Virus record (IMG/VR): IMGVR_UViG_3300022602_003287 | Coordinates: 1 to 52,555 of that record | Strand: one strand, 5' to 3' | DNA: 52,555 bases | Source of the DNA: a virus | Taxonomy: Duplodnaviria > Caudoviricetes | Shown: positions 52,511 to 52,555 of the stretch, in pieces | How the letters are laid out: each line of letters opens with the position of its first letter | Numbering within the stretch: position 1 is the first letter of the stretch | Made by a program: the position numbers and the translations under genes | Notes under the pieces: generated by a model | The model's input: only the letters and a program-made list of their open reading frames with translations | The model's database searches: none | Told to the model about the DNA's origin: nothing

Positions 52511-52555
52511 TCTTTGACTCCAAAATAAACTAAGATATTTCCACCAACCCACTCG

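Noticed and set aside
1-52555. tRNA, rRNA, integrase or transposase genes; bacterial chromosomal origin
   Set aside because: Intergenic gaps are short and I saw no cloverleaf or T-loop motifs or recombinase signatures. The host-like genes are interleaved with tail, lysis and gp44-like genes and T4-like late motifs, which indicates a phage genome.

Overview
This is a 52.5-kb segment of a large T4-related or jumbo dsDNA phage genome. It is AT-rich, gene-dense and almost entirely minus-strand; the spanins, lipoproteins and sigma70 promoters point to a Gram-negative host. From left to right it holds: (1) putative capsid-internal proteins with T4-like capsid-targeting N-termini, including two polyprotein-like ORFs, Dps and two pol-beta nucleotidyltransferases; (2) ClpA, peptide deformylase and DnaJ; (3) a lysis cassette (holin, GH19 endolysin, spanins); (4) PhoH, clamp loader, GroES and a DnaE fragment; (5) a tail module with an embedded S53 protease and Cys-rich fibres; (6) auxiliary genes (divergent SufC/SufD, SOD, UVDE, lipoproteins, UDP-GlcA decarboxylase, QueD, PBP7-like peptidase, ClpP, MBD4-like glycosylase). 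The most striking observation is inside the 1145-aa ORF. Unrelated small domains there are separated by a 20-bp repeat that is identical at the nucleotide level (AGCAAGGTGTGGCGGAAGGC, encoding K/E-Q-G-V-A-E-G), always in frame, and resembles a prohead-protease site. This suggests an in-frame cassette array that builds a processed polyprotein of virion-delivered effectors. A second candidate is a structured, switch-like 5' UTR ahead of queD. All assignments come from motif recognition by eye; no database searches were run.
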